DNA from: Tricharina praecox
Lineage: Eukaryota
DNA: 64,000 bases
Direction of reading: 5' to 3'
Assembly (NCBI RefSeq): GCF_024521635.1
Contig: NW_026250424.1
Span: 62,001 to 126,000, forward strand
Positions 49,966-61,162 of the stretch are shown one piece after another. Position numbers and translations under genes: made by a program. Numbering within the stretch: position 1 is the stretch's first letter; each line of letters starts with the position of its first letter. The notes beneath the pieces were generated by a model. That model made no database searches. It saw only the letters and a list, made by a program, of their open reading frames with translations, and was not told the DNA's origin.

Positions 49966-52900
49966 TTACTCATCTGTGAGCCGGTAGTCCCTCGGCGCAT
50001 CGGGATTTTTGCGATGAAACTCGCGTAGCTTTTGCCGACCGCCTACTGAGAAGTTGTCGAATGGCTCGTTCGTCCAGTCCCGTCGTTCGGGGTAGTTGAG
50101 CCATTTGACGAGGTAGAGCACTCGTCGACCTTTCTTCGAGCTGCCCATAACCTCATCGACGTCGTATTCTTCGTTGCCTTCCACATCATCGGCCTCTCGT
50201 AAGATTTGAGAGGGATCCGGTGGTGCTCGGGTGCCAGCTCGGAACGGTTCAACGAGCGAGACGTGAAAGACATTATGAATCTTCCACTTCCTTGGCAGAG
50301 TGAGCTTGACAGCGAGCGGCGATACGATCTTCTCGATTTGGAAGGGACCATGGTTCTTGTGGTCCAACTTCCGCGAGGGTCGGCGGGTTTGAATGTTCCG
50401 CCCATTGAGCATTACCAAGTCTCCTACTTGATAAGCCGGTGCCTCCTGACGATGTTGATCTGCATACTTGCGCATTCGTTCGCGCGTTCGTTCGAGGGTC
50501 TTGATGTTTTCCTCGTGGACTGTATGCATCCAGTGAGCGTAGACCTTGCTGGCGGGGTTGAGAGAATTTGCCGCAGCAGGGTTTGTCGCCGACGGGTGGT
50601 ATCCGAAATTCGCATAGAAGGGCGACATTCCGGTTGCCGATGTAACCGAGTTGTTGTAGGCAAACTCAGCCATCGGTAGGAGATTCACCCAATCGTTCTG
50701 TTCGTAGTTGACGAAGGAGCGGAGGTATGCTTCGATCGTCTGGTTGAGGCGTTCGGTTTGTCCATCCGTCTGTGGGTGGAACGCTGTTGACATCCGGGGC
50801 TTAATGCCTAGCAGCCGGATGAATTCTTTCCATGTACCCGAGGTAAACCGTGAGTCTCGGTCCGACACTATGTCTGCTGGTAATCCGTGAAAGCGCCATA
50901 TCTCGCGGGCAAAAATCTTCGCGAGATCCTCGGCTATCTTTCCATCCTTAGGTAGGGGGATGAAATGCGCCATCTTGGTGAAGCGGTCGACGACCACCCA
51001 TAGCTGGTCGCATCCGTTGGATTCCGGTAGGTCGGTAATGAAGTCCATGGCTATTGATTGCCATGGGGTGTATGGTAACTCGAGGGGATTGAGTAGTCCA
51101 TACGGCTGGTGCCTTGTTGCTTTGTCCTTCTGACACTGCGCGCAACTCCGGACGAAGTCTATAATCTGCTCGTCCATCTTTGGCCACCAGAAATTGCGTC
51201 GGATAAGTTCGATAGTCTTGTCCTGGCCCATATGCCCCGCGACTTTCGTATCGTGTTCCGACTCGAGGATGTGTCTGACGAGTTCCTTGTCGTCTGGTAC
51301 CCATAGCCTTTCTTTCCTATACAGGCACCCCTCTTCCATCCTCAAAATCCTGGCCTTTCGACCCATCCTGCCGGAGTCCCTACTCTCGGCGGCCAGTTCC
51401 CAGGCCTTTCGGCCCTCCGACTCAGTGTCCTTCTGAGCCGCGTCCTCGTTCGTGTCCTTGATGCTGCTCAGAGCCTCCTGATACCCAGCATCTTCCTTTC
51501 CTGCCTTCCTGACCCAACCCAGAAATTCTTCATTCCACTTTGGCACGGGGATTGATTGTAGCCGAGTTGACGAAACCAGGAACACGGTGCTTTCGCCTCC
51601 GGTGCTGATTGATGAAACTCTCGAATCGTCGCCTGCAAAGTGTGATTTATGCAGGATCGTCGTAATCGGCTGATCTTCACCCCCCCCTTTTTCAGGGCGG
51701 TACTCCGGGCGCCTGGATAATGCGTCAGGCTTGCCGTTCTGGCTGCCGGGCCGGTAGTAGATTTTGAAGTCGATGCCAGCGAGTTCTTGTGCCCATCTCG
51801 CCTGCCGTCGATTGAGTACTTTCGTGGTTGTGAAGTACTCAAGGTTCTGGTGGTCGCTGTACACCTGGATCTGGTGTTTTGCTCCCTCAAGGTATTGCCG
51901 CCAGCGTTTGAAAGAGTCTACTATCGCGAGTAGTTCCTTATCGTGAATCTCAAAGTTGATTTCGGCTGGGGTAAACTTTCTTGAGTGGAACGCAACTGGG
52001 TGTAACTTCCCATCCTCTGTCCTTTGAGACAGGACCGCGCCCAACGCGAAGTCCGAAGCGTCGGATTCCAGCACGACAGGTAATTCTGGGTTGAAGTGCT
52101 CGAGAATCGGTGCCGTGGTGAACCTAGACTTCAGCTCCTCGAAGGCCAGTTCCATCTCCGCTGTCCATCTCCAATCCTTCCCTTTTTCTTTTGTGCTCTC
52201 GGTCAAGGGTCTCGTGATCTTTGAGAAATCCTTGATGAAGCGCCTGTAAAAATTGGCGAACCCAAGAAAGGCTTGTACTTCCTTCAGGGACCGCGGCGCC
52301 TCCCACGAGAGCACAGATTCCACCTTGTCCTTAGCCATCTCAATTCCATCTTGGGATATCACGTATCCTAGGAACTCGACTCTCCCTGTCGACCAGACAC
52401 ACTTCTCTGGTGAGATTGCCAACTTATTTTCTTCCAACCTCCTTAGTACCTCGATGACTATCTTGTCATGCTCCTCGTGCGTCTTCGCATAGATGAGGAG
52501 GTCATCGATGTACGCGACCAGTCCCAGGTCCAACATATCCCGAAATATGTGGTTAATCATGTCCTGAAACGTCGCTGGAGCGTTGGTCAGCCCAAACGGC
52601 ATGACCAAAAACTCAAACAGTCCGTATCGACAGCGGAAAGCCGTCTTCCACTCGTCACCTTCCTTGATGCGGATAAGGTGATAGCCATTCTTCAGATCAA
52701 TCTTGGTGAAGACTTTCGCACCCCTGACTCGGTCTTGCAACTCTGCCATGATCGGGAGTGGGTAGCGATTGGCTACGGTAATCTTGTTGATACCGCGATA
52801 GTCGACACACAATCGGAGACCCCTGCCGTGCGCCTTTGGTACAAATAATATCAGCGCCCCGGCTGGTGATTTGGATCTTCGAATCTTGCCTGTCTGGAGC

Positions 52901-53775
52901 ATCTCCTTGAGCCACTCCCTGAGGGCCTCAAGTTCTTTCTCTGACAGGGCATAGATAGGACCCCATGGAGGAGTCTCTCCTTCCTTGAGATCGATTGCGT
53001 GGTCGTAGGACTTGTGGTCGGGAAGCTTATCGGCTGCTTCCTTGCTCATGATGTTGGCATATCGTCTGAACTTCTCCGGAAGCAGATTCATGGGTGGATC
53101 TGATTCCGGCCCAGCTGAGACGTATCCAATAATGCGAGCCTCCGAATTGTGAATGACAGACGTGTCAAGTTCCATCGGAAAGCTGGTTGCTTGTTACAAG
53201 GTGCATTGTTCCTTGCATCGGGTGCTGGTGAAGCGAATTTTCTGTGCTTCATTCTTCCACAACCCTGTCGGTTCATGCTTAGCCATCCACCAATACGGGA
53301 GGTAGGCATCGCAGTCGTCCAAGGGAGCCACTTCGAAGGTTTTGTTGGTGTAGTGCCTCCGGTGTTGAAGGAGCATCGGCATTGTATAATATTCCCCGGC
53401 TCCTTCCACTATGGTTCCGTGGAAGTCCTTGATTTCCACCGGCTTGGGTCGTTGAATGAGGGGCAACCCAAGTTCTCGTGCAAGGCTTCGTTTGATGATC
53501 GGAATGGCACATCCTGTGTCAAGGAGTACTCGGATCCGTCGTCGCTTGTGCTCAGACCAGAGGAGCATCATTTCTATGATTGGTCGTGGTCCGCTGACAG
53601 GTTTTGGGGGCTCACACCCTGAGGCGCTCGGCGCGGTTGGACTCGTAGAAATAGGTCGGTCCGTCCGTCTTCGCTTATCTCTGGATTCGCTGTCGATATC
53701 CTGAGGCCGTGGTCTCTTCGTTCCGCAAACATATACACCTGGCCGTCCAGTCTGCGGAGTGCTGGGGCCGCTCAA
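49966..53775 (-). CDS. pol: Pol polyprotein (protease, RT, RNase H, integrase, chromodomain) with one in-frame TAA at 53194-53196
   Basis: LLDTGC protease, RLCVDYRG and YIDD RT, SDASD RNase H, HHCC zinc finger, SDRD and GQTER integrase, GPF motif, YLVKW chromodomain. Confidence 0.95.
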
Positions 53776-55775
53776 AAATCCTCCGGCTCACTCTCATTCC
53801 CTTCCCAGAATGGAGGCGCCTCCGTCATTGCTTCATCCTCCACCACAACCGCCGCAGCCTTGTGTTGCTTGGACCTCGGTCGAGTGGGTTCGGCATCCTG
53901 GGTGTCCCGCTTTCTCTTTGTCACGGATGACACCTTTGGACTTTCGGGGAGTTCGGTACCCGCGACTGTTTTTCTGGCGTAGCATTGGAAGGTTCGGTGG
54001 CCGTCTCGTCCGCAACGCCAACAGTCGCACTTGGATGCTTTGTGGGCATCGATCTCCTTCTGGGGAACCCCTACCAGAGCCTCCTTTGCTCCTGCGTAGA
54101 TGTCCCCTTCCCTTGTCCTTCCCTTCCTGACTCCTGTTGCTTCCTTGGCTTTTCGGCCCTCCGGGGACTCCCCGCTTTCCTTGCGGCCCCCGGGGTCTCT
54201 TCCCTTTCCTTGGCCCTGCCGGCCGTTGCCAGGTCCCTTCCGGTCGCCGCCGGAACCCTGGCTACCCGATCCCCCTTTCCTCATTGCCCTTGCCTTTTTC
54301 AGCGCGTCCCGTCGTTCCACATGGTTGCCAGCCCTGAGCACCGTTTCCAGGAAGTCTTCATCGTCTTCGTAGGGTTCGGTGTGCTGGTTGAAGCACATAT
54401 CCACGATGTCGGTAGTCATGGCCTGGTTGACTATGTCTTGTAGCGGTTCGCCGGTGGCGCGAGCGATCATGTTGAGCGATTGGAAGGAGGTCATGTAAGC
54501 CTGAATGTCTCCTTTGTATTCGAGGGCCCACATCCTTCTTAATGCGTTCGCTCCTTCCTGCGTGTCGCGGTACGCCTCCTTGAGTGCCTCTTGGTACGCC
54601 TGCCAGGTATCTTCCAAGTGTAGCTGTCTCAGGCTTTTTCGACGGGCCTGATGCCATTCTGCCGCTGTCCCTTCCAGTCGGGATCCCACCCACGCTATCT
54701 TCTGCTGCTCATTTGTCTCTGGGTGGAACTCAAGATATTCTTCAACTGAGTCCCACCATGGACGGAAGGCTGTTCTTTGCTTGCCATCGAACGGCTTGGG
54801 CTCTTTCATTTTAAGCTTGATGGCCCTCGGGTTCGATGCGGAGACGGCAGCAGCGATGATCCGAGCGAAGCGACTCTCTTCGTCTTCGTCGTCTTCTCTT
54901 GGTAGCGGAGCGTGTCGGTGACGGGGCGGCGAACGACGCGGCAAGGGGATGGAATCGTCATCATCCGATGGTTCCTCATCCGAGGGATCACCTCCAAGGT
55001 TAGTCACCGGACGTCTTGGGGGTGGAGGAGGAGGGGACATTCCTGCACCTGCCGGAGTTTCCCTTGTTGCTGACCTTTCTGCCCGCGATCCTCCTCTTGG
55101 GGTAGTGTTTACCCACTCCGGGGCCTTTTCCTTCGCCTTCCCTGTCCTTACCTCTACAGCCTTCAATTTTTTCTCCGCTCGAGCGATTTTTTCCTTGATT
55201 CGCTGTTGCTCCTTGTAGAGGTATTCTGCCTTCTCTTCCTGTTTCCCTGCCCAAATTTCCACGTTGCGGTTGTACACCGCTTGCTCCCTGCGTTGTTCGA
55301 CTTGCGCCGTTTCGAGGAACACGATGGCGTCTTGTAGCCGAGCGTTTGCGACGCTTTGCAACTCGCGGTTGTCTTCGTCTTTCTGGTTACGTTCTCGAAT
55401 GACTGCCCATACGTCGCTGCTCAGGGCGTGCGTCGCGTTCGCTACCGTTGACAGCTCGGTTCGAAGCCATTCTGCATTCATTTCGGCATTGTGAGCGTAG
55501 AGGTTGTACACATACTTGACCCCATCGCAGAGTTGTTCGTAGTTCCTTCTGATTTCCTGCTTTCGGGAGTCCTCTTCGTTGAACTTCTGATCGCATGCTT
55601 GGTAAAGCTGGCGCAGGTCTCTTTGTGCCGTTTGGTATTGGTGGTTCATCAGCCTGAGCCAGGCTGCCGGGTTTCGTACTTCGACGGTTTCGGATGCTTG
55701 CGGGATGCTAACGAGCGCATTGCTCAGGGTCTGAGGAAGTTCGAGGCGGAGCATGTCGAGGTTTGAGGAGGACAT
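53772..55775 (-). CDS. gag: Gag protein
   Basis: 667-aa ORF following the 5' LTR. PKPFDG..W capsid-like region and CX2CX4HX4C knuckle CWRCGRDGHRTFQC. Confidence 0.93.
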   Translation of the reverse strand: MSSSNLDMLRLELPQTLSNALVSIPQASETVEVRNPAAWLRLMNHQYQTAQRDLRQLYQACDQKFNEEDSRKQEIRRNYEQLCDGVKYVYNLYAHNAEMNAEWLRTELSTVANATHALSSDVWAVIRERNQKDEDNRELQSVANARLQDAIVFLETAQVEQRREQAVYNRNVEIWAGKQEEKAEYLYKEQQRIKEKIARAEKKLKAVEVRTGKAKEKAPEWVNTTPRGGSRAERSATRETPAGAGMSPPPPPPRRPVTNLGGDPSDEEPSDDDDSIPLPRRSPPRHRHAPLPREDDEDEESRFARIIAAAVSASNPRAIKLKMKEPKPFDGKQRTAFRPWWDSVEEYLEFHPETNEQQKIAWVGSRLEGTAAEWHQARRKSLRQLHLEDTWQAYQEALKEAYRDTQEGANALRRMWALEYKGDIQAYMTSFQSLNMIARATGEPLQDIVNQAMTTDIVDMCFNQHTEPYEDDEDFLETVLRAGNHVERRDALKKARAMRKGGSGSQGSGGDRKGPGNGRQGQGKGRDPGGRKESGESPEGRKAKEATGVRKGRTREGDIYAGAKEALVGVPQKEIDAHKASKCDCWRCGRDGHRTFQCYARKTVAGTELPESPKVSSVTKRKRDTQDAEPTRPRSKQHKAAAVVVEDEAMTEAPPFWEGNESEPEDF

Positions 55776-55814
55776 TTTCGATAGAAATCGGTGACTGTAA
55801 CCTTAAGATTATAG

Positions 55815-56504
55815 TGTGAGACTGGGACGGGTTTGTGTCGTCGGAGTCTATAGTAAAATCGAGGATAGAATAAAAGTCAGGGATTTCGATAATTCACAAC
55901 GGAATAATCTTAAGGGTGTTTGTTCGATGGCTTTGTTCGGTGCGATGATTGTAGTTTGTTCGGTTGCCCGCTCGGTTCGACTTATAGTCGTCCCGATCCT
56001 CAGCACGTGATTCCTCTAGAGTGCGGCCTAACGTAGCTCCGTTGCTTCCTTTGCATCGGAGTTCCGCGGCCTAGCCTTGAGTCGTCGTCAGCTCTCTTCG
56101 GATAGTCTTCTCGACTAGGCAGGTGGTAAACACCACGCGCCCAAGATAGATCGGAGTTTCCGAGCAATTATCTCCCTCATGCGCCGGCAGAGTTCTTCGC
56201 TCGAAGTTGTCTGCCCCCATCGGTCGATGTTCGATTCTCTCGTCATAACAGTTTTTCCCTGGATCGGAGTTCCTACTGCGGGGCCCTATGAACGGAGATC
56301 TCAAAGTCCTCTGGACTGTTATCCCGATCTCCCGCATCTCCGATCACTGTCTAGACTCTGGAATCCGTTTGCTCCCTCCTTCCTATCTTGTCCTCGATCG
56401 CTTCTAACTATCCTTTCGGCTCGCAACTCTATTCTAATCACCCGAATTATCTAATCACATCTCTTGCGACCGTCGTGTCCTCCGATAGCTATCGGAGTGA
56501 CACA
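55815..56504 (-). repeat. 5' LTR of the young element
   Basis: Direct repeat of 49136-49825. Confidence 0.95.
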
Positions 56505-56807
56505 CACACGCCCATGGTCATTTTCAGGTTGTGGAAAAAAGTGGAGGATTTTCTATATAAACGGACCATTGCCCCTCTGTATTTAGTTCTTCACGCAACA
56601 ACTTGTTAATCCAACAACCGTTACCTCTGTCCCTGCCTCGGCTGCCGCCTGTGCCGTAGTCCTTATCCCTGCCTCTGTTCTCAGTTGCCGTTTCCACTGA
56701 GGTCTGCCTTGCCTTGTCCTCTGCACCTTTCTTGCCTCTGCCGAAACTAGTACTTGATCACCCGCCCGGCTTCGCTACCTGGAGCCTTGCTGGACCGTAA
56801 CGTTACA
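56505..56807 (+). mobile_element. Partial LTR of the older family, inverted relative to 47387-47934
   Basis: Reverse complement aligns to 47387-47690 (e.g. TTAACAAGTTGTTGCGTGAAGAACTAAATACAGAGGGGCAATGG). Ends CGTTACA. Confidence 0.9.
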
Positions 56808-58378
56808 ATTGGGGTGTCACAATCTGTTACCCTGAACCTGCACTTGAACCCGAACTTAAGCCCAAGCTGTTTCTGCCAAACTCGCTACTTGGAGCCCAAC
56901 CTGACTGTGTCCAGTTACATTGTGCATGAGTGCATGTTATGTGAAGTTTGACACCACCACAACATGTGTTCTCCTAGTAGCACAAGGTCACCCGAGCACT
57001 CTTTCCTGAATATTGGCTTGGATCCGCAATATCAGGTATGTTGTGAGGTGTTGTGTCAGAAATATACAACATCCGGGACCTACCCACTCCGGCGTGACTT
57101 TTTTGTGCAAATCGAACAGCCAGCAAAGTGACTTCCAGCACGGCCAATTTTCTCGCAGGTATTTGGTGCTACCCCAAACCCGCAATTGATTTCAGGCAGT
57201 GGCGGCAGGAATGCTGTGCAGCAAGATGTGAGGATAAGGGATATCCAGTGGTTAGGATGACTTCTTAACGTATGTCTTGGAAAAAGGAAAGTTAACATGA
57301 GAGGGAATTCCAAAATAAAGAAGAGGAGAAAAAAGATGCGAGAGGCAAGGTGGGACAGAGAAGGTTTTTGTCGGCAACCCTACTGAGGCCTACTTTACGC
57401 TTAAGAAAAGAGTATGTCCTTTGCCGCCAGGGGTAGGTTGCCTAGATTCAATCATCAATGAGGTTACATAGAGTAGTATCTTCAGTGTCCACAACGACAT
57501 CGCATTCACCCGTCCCGCCCACGACATCTCGGCCGGTATTTTTTCTTTCTCTTTGCTGAAACGCCACAAAATCTACATCCCACCTCTGGCGTAGGTACTC
57601 TATCGATAAGAGCACGGATTTCATCTATTGATCGCCTCGGAGGTTCGGACACAATTACTGGGCTACAAGTAGGTACCTGCGAGTATCTTTCGAGTACCAA
57701 GGAGCAGTGTATCCAACCTGGTATTCCGTGCACTAGAGGTGGTTTACGTGCACGGGCCACGGAATCTGTAGGGCACCATCATGGTCGTTCTACATAGGTA
57801 CCTTCATTGAGGGATTGTTGCGGTGTATTCGAATAATCCTGCCAAAGAGAATCCTCTAGGTATCTGTGTTCTCAAGGGACTATTAGCTTACTTGTATCGA
57901 CTGGTATTCTGGAGGGGGTTTGTTTCTCGATGAGTCAAGTTTGCATCGTAGTTATACCTTACACACGAGCAGCGATCCTGAGGAGTCGTCCGTGGCCCCG
58001 ACGACCAAGGAGAATTTTTCGCAGCCATGCGCGACGTAGGGCTACAGGCGAGCGCGAATCACGTAAGAGACACCGGTAGGCGCGACACAATGGGTGATCG
58101 TCGTTACCTAAGGATTGTTTTTGGAACCGCACCAAGTCGGTTTGCAGAGTCATAATTCGACCGATGATTGGAATTCTGACCGCATGCTTTTGGGCATCGT
58201 GTTTAAACCCTTTCGAGCCTTTCCCATCCAAGACTATTGGCTGCGATGCTCGCTGCCTGAAAGAAGGGACGGCTGAGATGGCTTGGCCGTTCTTTTGCGC
58301 CATCGATAAAGTCCCATTCTCCTCTGACTCAAGAAACCTCACCGACCCTATTGCGTGTATCGATCGCGGCGACAGACA

Positions 58379-60228
58379 ATGGACGAACCACTCCTCCGCC
58401 CGGCCACAACGACGGCGACGGCGACGCCTCGCGGACTCGTCATTCCAGCAGCCCTCACATTCCTCCTCGCACTGTTCGTGGTGCGGTACGTGGTAGGGGA
58501 GAGTAAGCGGGTAAGACCAGCCCCTTTGCACCACTGGACCAAGCAGGGAAAAGACGAATCTCAATGACCTTCCTTTAGGTCCGTTTCGTCGATGGCCGAA
58601 AGTGTCAAGACCCGCCGATGCGCCAGGAACCGTTCTACACGTTCGGCCTTCGTGGACAGCTCCGAACGGTCAGAGCGTCGCTTGCGCAGGGTCTACCCCC
58701 GCGCATGGTCCGCGCCTGCGATGAGCTCGGCGACACTTGGGGCTACAAGCTGTTCGGCACCCGGACTATTATCACACGTGATCCCCGGAACATCCAGGCA
58801 ATGCTGGCGACGCAGTTTGACGGTACGTTCGTTCGTTCGACGCATGCGGTGCGGTGCCGTGTAGGGCGCGGCGTGCTAAATTTCATGCAGATTACAAGCT
58901 GGCGACGGATCGCGATGCTATGCATCAGCTTTTGGGCACCAAGGGAATCTTCACACAGAACGGTCAAGGCTGGAAGAACAGCCGTGCTCTGCTCCGCCCC
59001 AACTTCGACAGAGCGCAAGTGGCGGAACTCGATAGGCTCGAGCTCTTCTTCGAGCAGATGCACCGGAGGATTGAGGCCGTGGCCGGAGAGAATCGATGCG
59101 TCGAGATGCAGGAGCTGTACAAGAAGCTCACAATGGATTCCTCTTCGGATTTTCTGGTCGGCAGTCCCGTCGGCTCGCTTTTCCCCGATGCGGACGATAA
59201 GGGTGGGGTGTCGTCGCAGACGTTCTCCGAGGCTTTCGATGTAGCTGAGGTCACCATTGCGACACGATGGGCGCTCAGTAACCTCTACTGGCTCTATAGC
59301 CCTAAGCGATTCAGGGTTGCGTGTGCGGCTGTTCGTGGAATGATCCGAGGTTATGTGGTCGAGTCGCTTCAGGTGCGAGCCGAAAAGAAGAAGGGACAGA
59401 ATCGCTACGTGTTCTTGGATGCCCTGGCCGACACTACTCAGGAGCCACAGGTTCTTCAGGATCAGGTGCTCAGCGTCTTGCTCGCCGGCCGCGATACCAC
59501 ATCCGCGTTGCTATCTTGGACTACGCTCTGCCTCTCGAGACACCCAGCGGTGCAGAACAAGCTGCGTGCGGCGATCGCAGCCACTGTTGGAGTTGGGGCT
59601 TCCGCAAAGATCCCCACCCAAGAAGAGCTGAGAAGTATCACTTATCTCAAGTGGGTTCTGAACGAAGGTGATCAAACCCCCCACCGCCGTCGCTGTCGTG
59701 CCTTCGCATCTAACAGAAACAGTCCTCCGTTGTTATCCGCCACTGCACGCAAACACCCGCTGCGCTCGAGTCCCCACCACCCTGCCGTACGGCGGAGGCC
59801 TCGACGGCAACAGTCCCATCTCGCTCATGCCCAACGAGAAAGTCGTGTACTCCTCCTTCTGTTTGCAGCGTCGCAAGGACCTCTACGGCGAAGATGCGGA
59901 TGAGTTTAGACCCGAGCGGTGGGGAGAAGAAAAGATACGGAAAATTGGATGGGCTTATATTCCGTTCAATGGAGGTCCTCGCACCTGTCTTGGCCGTAAG
60001 TGGTCCCGCCGCTCCGTGTTTCTCCTACTTACACCCGACGCATCCGCTCACTGACTATGGTTTTGCAAAGAGCAATTGGCTTTGACCCACGCTTCTTACT
60101 TCCTCACGAGGCTACTGCAGACGTACGACGTGCTCGAAGAGGACCCGGAGTTTGAGGGCCTAGACATCAAGTACGACAGCAAGATCAATATGTCTTCCGG
60201 GCGTGGTGTCCACGTGAAGCTCGCGTAG
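58379..60228 (+). CDS. Cytochrome P450, CYP52 clan (alkane/fatty-acid hydroxylase-like); 5 exons
   Basis: N-terminal TM, DPRNIQAMLATQF, SRALLRPNF, AGRDTT, EVLR, FRPERW, heme motif FNGGPRTCLGQ. Four introns restore the frame; TAG at 60226-28. Confidence 0.93.
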
Positions 60229-60276
60229 GAAGAATACCTACATACAGTTTGTATGGAGTACATATGTACCTACAGT

Positions 60277-60328
60277 TCGCATAGAGTACCTACAGTCTGT
60301 ATAGAGTACCTACAGTCCGAATAGAGTA
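60277..60328. repeat. 20-bp tandem repeat TACCTACAGTnnnnATAGAG, about 2.5-3 units
   Basis: Visible downstream of the P450 stop codon. Confidence 0.75.
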
Positions 60329-61162
60329 ATCTGAATGTGGGGTATGAGGGGTATACCGAAGGAAATATATGTCGCAACTGTCAACCGAACGGAGTTATTT
60401 CCTTGGAAGTTCGTCAGATCCGTGCGTGCTTCTAACCGAGTGATGATGAGTGAGTACTGCCTTCCATCCGGGCCCGCCATCATGGTAACGACCCAATTCC
60501 ACCCCCTCCACATCAACCCCGAAAGGCCGAACCGTTCCCGGAAGTTCCGGAAACACCGCCGCGGTACTTCAATTCAGCTGGAATGTGGAGGAGCATGTGC
60601 CTGGGATGTTTAGGCGGAATTGACAGCTGCCTGGTCACGGTATTAGCCGCGCATAATCCCGTGAGCGAGCGAAAACAATGGGTAAGTGGTTACGGGTTTT
60701 GAGTAGAGTATGGAGTCGGACTAGCGGCTATTGCCCTTCCACGGTGCTAAGGAAAGAAGCAGAACCCCCGCAACGCCCATACAGGGCCCTACGACGCGTG
60801 GCGACTACTATACCGTATGGAATTCTCCGAAAGTACGGGGTGCAGATGCATCTATCTCATCTTATGACAGCTGCGGTAGTACCTACTCTACTCTAGTCTA
60901 CAGCTCGCCATTAGCATCAGACGGTCCATGCTGTAGGTATAGTATCGTCATACGATGGGTATGTTACCAACTTACCACCTATATAAACGGCCACGACCTC
61001 ACTCCGTTTCCGTTTTCTTTTTCTCCACTCCTCAGCCAGCTCAGCGCCTTCACTTCCGATTTACATTCTTTCCAATACTTACATTCATTCTTTCACAGCG
61101 AGTCTGTTCATTCATTCGGTCGTCTCAAAACACCTAGAACTTCACCTGCAACGCATAACAAT

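Larger units (their letters stand above)
49136..56504 (-). mobile_element. Near-intact Ty3/gypsy (chromovirus) LTR retrotransposon, 7369 bp
   Basis: 690-bp direct LTRs at 49136-49825 and 55815-56504 (TG..CA). PPT at ~49826-49839. gag and pol in PR-RT-RH-IN-chromodomain order. Confidence 0.97.

Noticed and set aside
47387..56807. Inverted outer repeats read as TIRs of a 9.4-kb DNA transposon
   Set aside because: The left repeat is a true LTR with a PPT and adjacent integrase; there is no transposase and no matching TSD.
56815..56953. Possible additional TGTCAC...TGACA solo LTR
   Set aside because: No target-site duplication and no second copy in the window.
60236..60328. Short repeats with variable interiors, superficially CRISPR-like
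   Set aside because: Variable parts are only 4 nt, the context is a eukaryotic 3' flank, and there are no cas genes; it is a simple minisatellite.
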